Translations under genes and position numbers: made by a program | Notes under the pieces: model-generated | Seen by the model: only the letters and a program-made list of their open reading frames with translations | What the model was told of the DNA's origin: nothing | Databases searched by the model: none | Assembly (NCBI GenBank): GCA_030264375.1 | Contig: JASCQW010000163.1 | Span: forward strand, 26,344,967-26,408,966 | Reading direction: 5' to 3' | Length of the DNA stretch: 64,000 nt | Origin: Carcharhinus longimanus | Taxonomy: Eukaryota | Shown: piece after piece, positions 26,349 through 40,810 of the stretch | Position numbering within the stretch: the first letter of the stretch is position 1 | Layout of the letters: every line of letters begins with the position of its first letter

Positions 26349-26990
26349 NNNNNNNNNNNNNNNNNNNNNNNNNNNNNNNNNNNNNNNNNNNNNNNNNNNN
26401 NNNNNNNNNNNNNNNNNNNNNNNNNNNNNNNNNNNNNNNNNNNNNNNNNNNNNNNNNNNNNNNNNNNNNNNNNNNNNNNNNNNNNNNNNNNNNNNNNNNN
26501 NNNNNNNNNNNNNNNNNNNNNNNNNNNNNNNNNNNNNNNNNNNNNNNNNNNNNNNNNNNNNNNNNNNNNNNNNNNNNNNNNNNNNNNNNNNNNNNNNNNN
26601 NNNNNNNNNNNNNNNNNNNNNNNNNNNNNNNNNNNNNNNNNNNNNNNNNNNNNNNNNNNNNNNNNNNNNNNNNNNNNNNNNNNNNNGTTTAATGGGAGTT
26701 TTATTTTTTTCTTCTTGGGGAGGGGGATGGGGTGGGGTAGGTGGGGGTTTATTTGTAATCGGAGACGGAGCGTGTGAAAGAATGTGTTCAGTCGGCCGGG
26801 TTCTCAGTATCGCTGTTCGCAAACCCAACATGGCGGCGTGTAATATGCTGCTGTTTGCAGGCAAGCCCTAATAAGAAACACATTTCAAATCCCCCCCAAC
26901 CCCCCCAGCCCCCCCTTTTTTTGGTGCCATTTGTGTACAGAGCGGCTGCAATAAAACTATTAACAGCAGGATATGTGTATCAGCCTTATC
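26080..26990. promoter_or_regulatory. CpG-rich candidate regulatory blocks just downstream of the gene (split by a gap)
   Basis: CpG-dense complex sequence with a YY1-like CAACATGGCGGC at 26826-26837. Confidence 0.4.
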
Positions 26991-29900
26991 TATTTATTTA
27001 TTCCTTTGCAATCGTAAACCAGAATGGTGGTGGGGGTTGTGTGAGAGATGAGGAATCTCGGGTCTGGAAGTGTAGTTGTTTCTGGAGCCGACCAGATTTT
27101 TATTCCTCGCAGTCCTGGAGATATATGTATATATATAAAAGGCCCCGCGTTTCATGCGAACCCATTGTGGGTCTGGCATTTAAATATGCAAAAACAACAC
27201 ACACACACACACACACAAATCGCCTGCCTTTCAATTCAATCGTCTGTTTTTTTTTTAACCAGGGTGCAGTGTATGGGCTAGTACACAGTACCGCAAAATA
27301 ATAACGCATATTTGCATAGATAGTTGTCTCATGAATGATCTATTTACATTGCTGGACTCCCCACCGCACCCCCCCCCCCCCCAGCTCCCCCCACCACCTC
27401 CCTGCAGAACGTGCTCCTCAATTTATCCGTCTCAAGTCTCCCTCTCTCACCGTCGCGAAGACTGAATGGGTTAAAATTCAGGCTTGTTCGGCTTTTAATG
27501 GTGCCAGGACAAAGCTAACCACAAACAACACAAAAAAACGCAACTGTTCTGACAAAAGTCTGAATTGGCCGCGCCATCGACCTGAGGGGGAAGGTGTATT
27601 AAACAGCTTCCGAGACGCAGAAACCTTCAGAATCTTTAAACTCCCTGTGAGCATTTATTTACTTAAAACTGGTCTGAAAAGTTCCCTCAAGATGATTCTG
27701 CACCCCTCTCCGCCTCCTCCTCCCCACCCCCCCAACCATTTTCTCGAATTTCAAAGCTTCCCTACTGTGTTGTTGGTCTAATTAATGGTGAGACGCAACT
27801 AAAGCTAATTACTCAATAATTTTAAAGTAGTTAATTCTGGGCGTTGGGTGTAACAGGATTCGAGGTTGCCGAAGACAAAGTTTGATCGTTATGTGTGGCT
27901 GTTAATCCCATCCGATATAAATGTATTTAATGGCTAGATTGTTACTTAAAACTCAGACCATGAGAAGCCGGTGGAGTTATATATTTATATAGGGATAGAA
28001 AACATAAAGCACAAAGCACAATATTGAAGAGATGTGATTTCTTGCAAAATTTGTGTTGTGCATCTTCCATTCATTTTAATGCCGCTTGCAACTCATAAGA
28101 TGATTGTCACTACACTTGAAGGGACTAGGATCCAATTTTGCAGCAATTTCTATCATGGTTCTAGGGGGCTGATTCCAGTTGACAACGCGTGTGCTTGGTT
28201 TGAACTCTATAATTTGCACTTATGTCCCCGTATTAGGAGCGTACAGCGAACTAATGAGCGCTTGCTTAGCCGAATGTCAGCTTTATTTATTTTCTTCTGC
28301 AAGAAAGTTTGAGAAAGAGCCGAGGGTTTGCACGCCGTCGCAGCGTTCCGTGGGTACAGCACCGGATAACTCCATGCACACACACATACACACACTATCC
28401 ACACACTTTTGCCTTCAAGGAAGGAAAATTGTTTTTTTTAAAAACAAGAAGGGAAATGTCATCTTGAATGGCGCAGCGTTCTGTCACTTATTGCACTGGT
28501 GAAATGGAAGTATAATCAATAATAGAATCGTGTAAGCATGAAACTGCACACACACACATACTTTTAACTAGTCGGAGTATATGTTGACTTTAAAACGGTA
28601 TGTAAAACATTGATATTGCGGCGGGAAACTGTCTGGATTTTAAATAAAGTGCAATTCGCCATGAAACCCTGTTGCAGCGAGTGACAACACAGACAGACTT
28701 CAATACGCTACACACAAGGTTTTTTTTCATTCCTCCCCCACCCCTCGCCAGGAGGTTGTTCATCGTAAGCAGTTTTTACCTTTTGAGGGAAGGTAGTATA
28801 AATTTCTTGTCAAGAGAAGTGTTATTGATTACATTGTGAGCACACGCGGATTTTTTTTTATTGTTGCCTTCTGTGTAGAACATGTCGAAGTCTGGAGTAA
28901 GTTTTTTTTGCGGGGAGGGGGGAGGTGCTGGAGGCGGTGTGGGGTATGAAGACACATTTAACCGGGAGACGCCAAACTGCATTATAAGAGGAATATTAGG
29001 CGCTCCTATTCCAGGCGTTTTATCTGGGCACTCAGACACTATCCCAGCTGAGGTGTGTGATTGAAAACGATTATCCTGTCATGCCAAAAAATGCTGTTCA
29101 TTCATTTCCATTTGAGATATATATATATATATTCAGTTTGATATGGCGAAGTAGGACAAACCGATTACTACTAACTTGCGCCTTTGATGCTTCGTTTCTA
29201 AGTTTCTGTAATTAGGCGCCCCACGCGCTTTCCAAAGTCATTTAATAAATGTCTATTAAAGCGCTACAAAAACGGGATAAATTTACTGTAGATGCCGCCT
29301 TACAGGAAATAAATGCTAATGATGGATTTACCACCAGGGATTCGCCTTCAGCTCAAGCCGGCTGATGTTCGGAGCCCAGTCCCACTAAAACTCAAAAGCT
29401 TCCACACTATTTATTTTCGGTTCAAATTGACATTTCTTGGGAGGGAGAATTAATTTATTGACAGCCCCGGCCGAATAATGTTGCCCTTCACCCACAATCT
29501 TTACTTCTGCCATTTTTCTTCATAAACGCGTGATTTGCGAATTCCTTTGTGCAAACTTTTACAGGCTTCATTGAGATGTCTATGTTCTGCATGTCTGTCA
29601 AGTTATCTCTATGCACACAAAGAGAATGCTTCTAAATGGACTTAGTGCTCAGCGTGTGTGCTCGCTAAATGTTAGAAAATTGTGCCATCTACCCGTTATT
29701 CACAGAATTGTCACTTAAGACCTACTTCGAGTTTCAACCACAAGTTAAACACGACAGGGAGAAGAATGATTGTAAGTGGGGGAAAAGGCTATATTATCTT
29801 AATGCCTGCACTCAGACAGAAGTTAACCCTGTTACTCAATTCTCTCCCCCCACCCCCACCCCTACGCCCCCTCCCCGTTTCTCATAATTACTAATCTTCA

Positions 29901-31430
29901 CCTTATTAAAATCTGTCCTATGTTACCCACCTGTTAGACACAAGTCTCAAGATTTCGGAAGGTTCCCTGTCATGGCCACTGTTTGTGGGCCATGTCAATT
30001 TCCGCAGATGCCAATATTTGACCACACATAGAGGGCCAGAGAAAGAAGAAACACTGGCCTATTTTGTTCCAACTTTTATCATGGGACATCCCTGGCTTTG
30101 TAGCCTGGGGCCGGATCCTATCTGCAGAAATCAAGTCTGGTATCATAGATGGTGGAAAAGTGTGGAGAAGGGATATGCAGAAATCGTGCACAACCCCACA
30201 CACACATGGATGGGGATTCGTAGGCTGTGAGGGGGATTACATTGACTGCTCAACAAATAGGAAGTTAAAGAAACCATCCACACATTAGTAGAACGTGTTT
30301 GTCCGTTTCTTTGTTTTTTTGTGTGTGTTTATTTCCAGATATATTTCTACTTCCATTTAATTGACGGGGAGGGAAACTCCATTATGGGGCGATTGCTATT
30401 AAACAGCTATACTCGTTTTTACAGGAACTGGTGTCAACACACACGCACACACACACACACACATGGGGGGAACAAGACATTACTAACGAAGCCAGTTTTG
30501 TAACTTTACCCTTGCGCCTATGGTTTGGCTGCAAACACAATTTGAGGACGCCGGGAGCCTCACCAACTAACTGCCCGGTATAGCCGCACGGTGCCTCCAA
30601 GTTTTAAATGAAATAACAGGGAGTTAATCATTAAATAGACACCCGGGTCTGGATGGGGACTTGCAAGCAGAGGATCATTTTCTGTCTGTTTATCATTGAT
30701 GGGCGAGAGAGTGCGGATGCTTGGGAAATGTAACCTGGGCTGTTAACAGAAGTCTCTGGTTGGTTTGCAGCTCCGTGCTAAAGATGAGGTTGATTATATC
30801 ATTGCCACGCCGCATAAATGAGACGTCTGAGAGACCAGGATCAACCATCGATCCCTTCCTATGTAACGAAAGGACGGGTTAACTTTCACTCATTAGCATG
30901 TCCCATTGCACGACAGCTAACACATCTGTTCCTTGCTTATTTTTTAAAAAAGCTTTCCCCCCATCACAAATAGCGAATCTTATCTACGTTCTCCCCCCTT
31001 TTTGTCTTTGGTGATTCGTAAACAGACACACACACATACACAACAAGCCACCCAATCAGTTTCCCCTTTATCTTCACTGATTTTTTTCTTAATTCCTCCC
31101 CCACCCGATTTCCCCCTCTTGTTGTTTACTATCTCCTTTTTTTGTTTTCTTTTCTGCCCCCTCCCCCTTTTCCCCCCCTCCCCCGTTTCTCCGCCGCCCA
31201 ACTATATTTCGTCAACTTCTAATAACCCCGTTCCTCTCTCTCCATCCCGGAGCCGTGGTGCATTTGTTTGTTCTGGGAAGTAGGCGAGATTTAGCCGACA
31301 CCGAAGTGGCAAAGTTCAGAATGAGGGAGAGGGAGAGGGAGAGAGAGAGAGAAAAAAACTCCAACCATGAACAAAAGGATGCCTAGGCTTGGAAACTATA
31401 GCAGGGATATGAAAACCGCAGTCTCGACTG

Positions 31431-31497
31431 GTGTATGTATGCGTGTGTGCGTGTGTCTGTGTGTGTCTGCATGTGTGTGTGTGTGTGTGTGTGTGTG
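31431..31497. repeat. Imperfect (TG)n microsatellite
   Basis: Directly visible. Confidence 0.9.
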
Positions 31498-34400
31498 GGT
31501 CTGCGTGGATTTTAAAGGTTCCTTTGAACTGCCTTTGTGCTGAGTGGGCGCTGCTTTTGCCAATGCAAGTCACGGTCGTACGAACTTTGTGTTAACCTCT
31601 TATGTCGAATGATTCTTTTCATTCGGAAAGCCATAAATCTCATTCCGTAACTCCTTTTGTGCGACACGCTACGACTTAGTAAGCCAAGTGTGCGTTCAAC
31701 AACAACAGAAAGTGAAAAAAAACTAAAAAAAAAGTTGCGACCGATATCAAAAAAAGTATAAACTTTTTTTAAAAAAAAGCACAGATTCCAGTGTAAAGTG
31801 CGGAACTGGCTGCTCACAGGAAGGGGATCCTGGAAGCGATCGGACTGGAAGCGGAGCACACACATAACACAGTAAGCACGCTATTTTCTAAAAAGCTCCT
31901 TCAAGGTTTACAGGGGAGACGGTGATTTATCATTCCGAAACGGGTCATTATTTTGGTGAATTTCAAGTAGTTAGAACCTGCTGTGATTTGAGCCGAGTGG
32001 GTAGAAACGGAGCNNNNNNNNNNNNNNNNNNNNNNNNNNNNNNNNNNNNNNNNNNNNNNNNNNNNNNNNNNNNNNNNNNNNNNNNNNNNAAATAAATGGT
32101 CATTTGAAAAGGATACGAACTGAACAACGACACGCACACGCAAAAAAAGAATATTTTAGCTTAAGTTAATGTCGGACTGTCAGCATTTGGGGGTTGGTAG
32201 GGATGGGGTGGTGGGGGGGGGGAAGGGCCTGTAAATATTGTGCATGCGCGAGAAAGAATGAGTGTGGAGAGAGAGAGAGAGAGAGAGAAAGTTTAATATT
32301 AAAGCATCTGGCCCGCTCAAAAGTCTCCGATTCCAAAATGGAAATGTCAGCAGTGCATTAAACAATGACTGGTCATTCCCGTACTGTGATGAGTTTGTGT
32401 GTGTTATACTTGTAAGTGAGTCCTACTTGATTGTCGGTTTGTTTTAGGGTTTTTTAAAATTTAAACCTTTATCAGTAAGTTCTCCGTGGCGACTGCCCGT
32501 TCCTTCTTGACGTTTGGGAACCTATTTCAATTCGCTGAACTTGTAGTCATAAAATGCTCTTTAAACAGCGTGTCGTGCATCCGTTGCGGCGTGAGGTATT
32601 GCAATTAGCATCTATGTNNNNNNNNNNNNNNNNNNNNNNNNNNNNNNNNNNNNNNNNNNNNNNNNNNNNNNNNNNNNNNNNNNNNNNNNNNNNNNNNNNN
32701 NNNNNNNNNNNNNNNNNNNNNNNNNNNNNNNNNNNNNNNNNNNNNNNNNNNNNNNNNNNNNNNNNNNNNNNNNNNNNNNNNNNNNNNNNNNNNNNNNNNN
32801 NNNNNNNNNNNNNNNNNNNNNNNNNNNNNNNNNNNNNNNNNNNNNNNNNNNNNNNNNNNNNNNNGAATCTTTCTATCACTCGGCATCATTGTGGGACAGC
32901 TGTGCTTATCACTACCGGTACAGGAGGATTCATTCGTCTTCGGCTGTTCCACTCAGAGTGTTATTAATTGCCTTTACAATGCTGGTGACTTTTAACTATT
33001 GAGAAAGTTGTGAATTAACGCGTTCCTGCAAATATTTCTAATTTGTCAACACTGATTGATTTGATGAGTACTCCTGTAGTCTAGATAATGTTGCAACTCG
33101 TAGACTGACCGGGTGACTGTGTGGCAGGCTGGTAGTGTCCTATTATGAAAAAACTTAATGACACAAATGTATTCTTTTTTTTGTGTTGTTAGTGGCATTA
33201 TCAGCACAACCTTTTGATAAGGAACGATTGCATGGCTAAAATTTCCATCGTGCCATAATGTAAAATGCCAGTTTATTCGGTGCTCCTGTCTGTAACAGTG
33301 AGTGTTACAGTACAGTAGCTATGAATTTCGATATGCATTTGTTCACATAGACACTCACGCAGACCGTTCACACGACACCCATCTTGATCAATGTAAGTTC
33401 CTATATGTATATATTTTTTTAAAAAGGGACAAGAAAAAAATATCCTAGGTGCAGTATAGCAGCGTTGATGCTTGAATACGGCATGTAGAACACCTGGAAG
33501 TCAAGAGAATACTGTTAAACTTCGACCTCTGGTCCTTTGGTTTTTTTTCTGCTGGGATAAAGCCGGAGAGAGAGTGGTTTGAGTCGTCTCAAAGGATGGT
33601 TAAAAAGCCTGAAAGAATAGCACGCTCAGATGATGAACTTACTGCCAGTGTTAAGCCTTTAAGCCCTTTGGCGCATTCTGACACATTGCTATTGGAAAAC
33701 AGTAACCAAGATTTGCAAAGTTCTCTCATTCTATGAACACCCATTGTTTCATTTCATTTCCACCGCTTTCACTAGATTCTAACCAACCTTATATAATATA
33801 TATGTGTATGTATGGGTATAAAAAAATCAGACGCATCCATTTGGGCTTCTTATTCCTTCAGAGCTAAATGCAAGAAACTTTTAGCTCGCACGAATTTGGT
33901 TCATCTACTAGCTTAAGGAGAAACGAGCAGCAGGCTATTTTATTTACCTTATCAACCTTCATATTAGGAGCACAAACGTGCTTGTGCGAGACAAACTTTC
34001 GACAGAAATTAAATTTAAATGGAAGTTGCAACCCCTATGAGACCTTATATATATATATGAGGAATTCAATCTGCCGAGTATTGTCACCCGCCTTTAAATA
34101 GGTTGTATTTGTGTGCACGAAACCTTTGTCTGGATTTGGGAGCAACGCTTTTCAAGCAGACCTAGCGATAGTTCAGGGTCACTGGCAATTTACTGTCCCA
34201 TTACTTGAAAGCATAGTCCCCCCACCTCTCCCAAACTATTCAAGAAATAAGAAAATTGGAACGGTTGCTAAATACTTACCTTGACGTTTTCCTCTCACAC
34301 AACCCCGTTTAAGAATTCGGTTTATTTAAACGGAAATATATTGAGGCACATCAGGCACATTGCACGTCCCCATTATGAATGGAATATTTTGCCATGTCAC

Positions 34401-37400
34401 AAAGCATAACTCGCACAGAAAGCACCCCGGCAGCAAACATTTGGCGAGGCGTTTTAAAAGTAGGAATCCTTGCAAGAAAGATGACACAAAACGCTCTTTT
34501 AGCGACTTGCTAGTGCAATGGACTGCATTATATGTACTTCATGTCTAAATGGCTGAATGACACATCTCAACAGTGAGGAGAAGTCGGCTGTGCTATCATG
34601 CACTGGTCTAAATAATGCCCTGATTGATCGAGGCAAATTTATTTATTACTAACAGCATAACCTTAAAAACATAACAACAGCTTGGAGGACTCATGTTCCT
34701 CCGAATAATCTGATTCGTTCTGTTCTTCCCTCGCTAAACGTGGTTTGAAAAGAATGTTACATTTCTATCAATTGTCTTAGAAATCAACGCAAAAAGAATC
34801 CACACCTCAGAACCAGCAGAAAGTCTAAACTTCTAATATCATTAGCTGGGGGAGACAGAATGAGGCATCATATGGCGATATAGTAAGTAGTTAATCCTTG
34901 CAGCATCTCCTCAAATTTGATTATTAAATCGGTGGCCAGCAATAATTTATTTACAGAGTGACTCACACATCTTGTATATTGATGACATATCCTTCAACCA
35001 CATCTGCTCGCTGCCTTCCAGTAACACGCGGAATCTGTAAAACATTTAGAAAAAAAAGTCACACCGAAGTCTTCGCAGATTTCATCTTTTGTAGATTGTA
35101 TAATCTTCAGCTAAATCTTTGCCAAATTATGCAGAATATTTATTAGAAAGCACACGCCAGGCCGTGTAAAGTGTGGAAGTAGATCTGCTGGTACCATGAT
35201 GGTGGAATCACAATTAAAGTCGTTTCTTACTTCCACGTACTAATTGAAAATTGTATGTTAAGTGGGACAATCAAATGAGGCTGAAATGATATCTGCCGTT
35301 CTCCCGAATTATATAAAAAAAAGGCTTATGTTACAATGAAGTACCCAATTAATTTGGTACGTTTAACAGATACTATCCCTCCCTCCCCAAAAAACATCAC
35401 CAACATAGCGTATCTAAATAACCATCGGGGTGCAGAATAAGAAACACACACAATCATTGAAATCATAGCATGCTCTTGCTGACTGGGAGTCCATCTAATA
35501 CATTACTGTAGGGCAATACTTAAAACATTTAGCCTCCCAGTATTACTTATCGCAGCTTCAGCTGGGCATGCTGACTTTGGAGCTCGGGCAGGGTACTATT
35601 TATGTGTTTGTTTGCAGTCATTTATTTAGCAATAAAACTCTGATTCGATTGTTAGGCGGATCAGTTTATTGTATCAATACTTCACCCAGGCACGATTTCT
35701 AAGCGATTAAAAAATGGCTGCTGTGTAGCAGGTTATCAACTGCCGCCATTCCGTGGACGCGGATAAGTGGGACTATTTATTGCGAGCCTTAATAAATAAT
35801 TTCGGCTGGTATTGTTAAGTATTGCGATTAATCGTTTTTGGATAACATTAGGAGGGGGGAAAAATAACTGCGTTGGGTTGAAAGTTGGTAGAATAACATG
35901 TTTCCGCCGAGCAGTTAAAACAATCTCATTTACTGGCTTTTATAATATTGCTGATATATCGGGGAAATAGCCTGGGTGCGTTATTTGCTTTAATAAATTG
36001 CCCGCACTGGACAGCTAACCCAAGTGGACTGGCGTACATAGTCCCAACACAATCAATGATAGCGGAGATAGATTTACTATCCCCAGCGCACACTGATCTT
36101 AGATACTGCATGCATTAAATATTGTCAAGTGGGATGATATTTGCACTATATATATATGATATACATACACTACGTATATCTGGAATATCTTTTGGATTGA
36201 TCCGATACCTCCGCTCCTTTCCCAACGTGGCGTTCAATAGACGCACATACCTTAGTGCTTTGTGTGTTTGTGTGTGTGTGTGTATGTGCATGTTGTTTTT
36301 CTATATAAAAGGCCCTTTTTTTAAAATTCTGATTTTTTTTTCTCTCCCTCTCTCCCCGAAGATCCGACGATTAAAGCAAGCTGAGAGTGAGTAGATTAAA
36401 TCGGATCTTGAGATTGGAATCCTGGCCTAGCACGTGACTCTGAACAATTGCATTTATTATAATATCAGAACAATCGAACATAGAGCAAGACTTATTAAAA
36501 TATCCAACACACTGCCTTCATTTGAATGGAGACAGGACAAATTGCGGAGATCGGGTGCGACTATAATGCGCGATTAATACTGCACGTTATTACAGTGCAT
36601 TGTTCAATATATCAATAAAGTAACATGCTTGCATGTTTATGTTAGACCCAGATACGTGCCTGCTGTGGCACGGTACAAACTGGTGGTAGTCAGGAAATTT
36701 GCAACATATTTGCAGCAGCATTAATAAGCAGTGCCACACTTTTACAGTTGGCATCTTCTGAAACGGGAAGGTGAGGGGGACTGATTTGTATAGCGGTGTA
36801 TTTGATAAATATGTCTTCCCAAATGGGTTCAGTGTTACTTGCTGTTGCAGCCTGTCTCGAGGCGGTGATCCGCAAGCATCTTTGCAGTGGTCCCAAGTTG
36901 TTCAAATGCACCAGATTATTCCATTGAATACTTTCCGAATTAGAAGTCTATTGCAGGGGCGAGTGTTCCTAAGCAAAAATTCATACTAGCGCGCGAAATC
37001 TATTCAAGATTTGCTGACTCAAACTGCAGTGAGACTCGCATTAGTGCAACAAAGTGGCCTGATCAGTCTAATAAGGAACTGGACCAGAATCATTTCCTCC
37101 GAGATAAATAACATCTAAAAAGATGACCAGAAAGTAGTCCCGCCCTCTGTTCATTATTACCAATGTTTCCACACTCTCCCAACACTTAGACATGAATTCA
37201 AATACTCCTTTTCAATAAAACGATGGACGATGATTTACAACCTGCACAGCCACGTCCGGCCAGATTTAATAAGTCCCCAACTTTAATAAGTGTCGATTTT
37301 GCAATGAATTCAGTTCCGCCTTTTTAATTTTCCAAATTGTCAAAAATAAAATCTCTTGATCCCGCAGTATGGAATATCACACGAATTGTTAGGAAACTCG

Positions 37401-37509
37401 ATGCACACACACAAAAAGGCCTGACTTATATTCTCTATCTGGTATTTTAAAAATGACAAATGTCTTGTCAAATGTAGAAAATCTATTCCATCTGGATCTC
37501 CACAATTAC

Positions 37510-37900
37510 TCATTCAGTGAAATGCGGCTGGAAAGGACTGACGGCGCGTCACATAAAATAAATTTGTAATGTAATAGCAAAAACGTAGGGATAATTTGCT
37601 GCTAATCGTTTTGTAGCATGGTGCCGGAGAGGAAATCAGCTGGATAAAGAGTGAGACCGGGTTTGAAAAGAAGAGGAAAAAGTTTATAATTAGCATTGAG
37701 ATATAAAGCATCATATTTTTTAAAAAAAAATCTTTATGTTGGAGTGCTATGTGTTTCTTGTTTAATAGTCCAGGGAGAGTTGGATAAGTGCCTGACCACT
37801 GAATTAATAATGGCTAGTTTCTAGGCTGCCTGTTCTGTTGGAGCCGGGTTTTATACTGTAATCATTAGCAGCCCCTCTGGCTACATGTTTTGCATCGGTG
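37510..37900. promoter_or_regulatory. Candidate conserved non-coding element
   Basis: Dense CATAAAA/TAAT homeodomain, GATAA and CAGCTG motifs in unique sequence. Confidence 0.35.
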
Positions 37901-38133
37901 TAACACTATGACACAGTTGTAATACAAACTCCTCAGTCTTGCTTTGCATTTTGTGGCAGGAAGTTTAACAGCAGCAGAATTCACCCCTCACATTCTTGTC
38001 TAAAGGTAGTCATAAAAAAACAGCGACGGGCTACAATAATCGTAGGCGAAAAAGAAAAAAAATGCTGATAATTCTGAGCAAACATCTACATGTGTCATCC
38101 TTGAGTTTGTTTGCAGGGATGAATTGAACCATT

Positions 38134-38550
38134 ACTCAATAGGGGAATTATTATTTTTTCTCAATATTCATTTTTATTTCGTTTAATATAGATTGCCAGT
38201 AGAATTCATTGGCATTGCATAACTTTGTCACCAACAGATAAACCATTAAGTTTCCGAGAAAAAACAATGCTGAATTTACGACTCAATGGGGAAAATCTTA
38301 TTATTTTTCCAATATTCATTTTATATCGTTTAATATAGATTGCTAATTGGATTAATTGACATTTATAACTTTGCCATCAACAGATAGACCGCTAAATCTC
38401 AGAGCAAAACAATACTGAGTTCACGACTCAATGGGAAAAAAAATATTTTTTCCAATATTCATTTTTATATCGGCTAATATGATTGCTAATGGGATTAACT
38501 GGCATTGTATAACTTTGCCATCAACTACTAAGTCTCCGAGCAAAACAATA
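38134..38550. repeat. Diverged tandem triplication, unit about 146 bp
   Basis: Units start with ACTCAAT at 38134, 38281 and 38426. Each contains CAATATTCATTTT, GATTGC, ATAACTTTG-CA-CAAC and AAAACAAT. Confidence 0.92.
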
Positions 38551-40524
38551 TTTTAATGTGAGCGGCTCGGGATCAGCACGTCAAAAAGGATGCTGTTGTT
38601 GGTGTCTAATAAAAGGTTCAATAATTTAATGAAAAGTTACAAAGGGTAACGATGTGTGTGTCATGTCTGAAAGACTGTTTGATCTGCTCCCTGCTTTTGG
38701 AGTGCACATCCCACGAATGACAGCGGGGTGGCGCTAATATCTGTGGTTTTCCTGCTGTCCTTCCAATACAATCAGACACAAAAGAATTTTACATTATTCA
38801 ATTTGTTTGGGGGTCCATGAAATGTGACAAAATCCCACATAGATTTTGAGCATCTTTGCAAAACAGAATTCTGCCCAGATCCACATAATTTAACCATTAC
38901 ACAACTCCCGTAGGTCAGTGATCATTGCAGTGAATACTTTGGCAGATTAGAAGTTTTATTTTTTCCCCCCCAGCCATAGATGGAATAAGTAAAACTGATG
39001 CCTTTTTTTCACGAAGAGATTTCTTTAATTTTGATCCTTCTTTAGACGAACTGTGGAGCCTCTGAACTCAGTCAGATTACATTTTTAACTGTTTTGCTTG
39101 AATAAATATCAAAGAATAGAAACGTCACCTCTCTCCTTTAGCATAACTGCCCACATCCTTTACATGTAATGATTGCATTTACATGTTTGCCCTTTTTAAG
39201 TTAACCAAAATAATCTCAGCTATAAAATGTTGGAGACAAAGACACATTAAACGGTAAGGCAGGCCATTTGAAAAAAAGTGTTGGTAGTTTCAATGTGAAA
39301 TGATTTTTAGTTCTAAAAGTTTATCAAATAGAAAAGTATCTGTTTATAATATAGTAGCGAAATGACCACAGTACATTAATTCCACCCCTCCCCCCTTCCT
39401 TACCTTCCCCACACAAAAAAAACATACTTTAGGACCTGGCGTTTTATCTGGTTAATGGCACCTTCTTCGAAAACGAAATATTTATACGGTGTCGCTTGTT
39501 ACATTTTCTTTATTACGGCGGGACATGGGTAAAGCCGGGCAGGTGAAAGTTAAGGGACTAAAAGACTGTGAAATAATTGGAGCCTGTCGTAGCTGCCTAC
39601 TCGTACATACGATTTTTGTTGATAAACTGTACTCGATTTATAAACTCTTGAGTTAACAGAAGATGCTGGGATCCTCATAACCAACAAAATAAAACCATAT
39701 GTATTGTTTTTTTTACAGCTAGCATTTATTTATTGTTCACCCTCGTCTGTCGGGCACGATTAATCACCAATAAACGTGAAACACTTTAGCTATGAGCACA
39801 GTTTCTCGCATTGAAGAATCGTTTGATTTCAGACGGAATCCGTACAGTCATAAAATGAAACCTAGCCAGGCATTGTACTTTGCGACGATATCGGGAGTTA
39901 GAATTTTGCAATAGAGTGGCACTGACAGATGTAAAATTGCCGCCCGACCACTTTCTTTAAAAACCCTTAGCCGTGTGGTCATGTTATCTGTTTTAGTTTA
40001 TATGCTATAATGATGGATCTTCAGGGGAAACTATTAGAGTTATTACCAAGTCAGGTACTAGGAGGCGCTGGTTCCTGAACAGAATTATGTGCTTTAAAAA
40101 AAAGCCCAGTTCTTTGTCTAGGTGATATGTGTCGAAGGTAATATCAAATTCCAAAATTAAATTATTTCGAACGAAAAACTAGCGTACGTCTAATTGTAAA
40201 AAAAAACCGCACCGTCTGCTGTTATTCAAAGACCTCTTGGTTGCAAAATTAAATTACATACATTTAAACACAGACTTTTATCAAAATGTCTTTGCTAAAT
40301 TGCATGAGCCTGTTTAGGAAATGCAAACATATCAAACCTTTTTTTAAAAAAAAGAATGAAGTATGTACACGCTATCACGAATTAAAAGCGAGAAAGACAG
40401 ATATCTTTCTTTTAAGCTTGACAGGACAAAATGAACCGAAACCTATTCATTGGTGCCCCAATTTCGTTGAATATCATACGTCGAGAATGTTGTTTGTCTT
40501 GTGAAATTAAAAGTGACATTCTAC

Positions 40525-40810
40525 CATTAAAATTTCTGAAATGTAATAAGTGAAGTCGTACCAGGGATTCGTCCAGGGCCCTGATAGATAAACCTGGAAA
40601 AGACAGAGGGGCTAATCAATGAAAGTATGTTTTCTCCACGACGTTTGTGGGGGGACTGATGGATCGTAATTGAAAAAAGAGCTGATGTAAAAGTGGGCAC
40701 CAATCTAACCATCCCAAATGAATATCAGACAGTCAACACGGAACTAATGCTACTATTAAACTTCTGACCATTTCACATCAGGATGATAACGATGATAATT
40801 AGAATACTTT
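40525..40810. promoter_or_regulatory. Candidate conserved non-coding element
   Basis: TGATAGAT, TGATGGAT (PBX/HOX-like), TAATCAAT and TAATTG/TAATTA motifs in unique sequence. Confidence 0.4.

Noticed and set aside
38134-38550. CRISPR-like periodicity
   Set aside because: Eukaryotic DNA with whole-unit tandem copies and no unique spacers.
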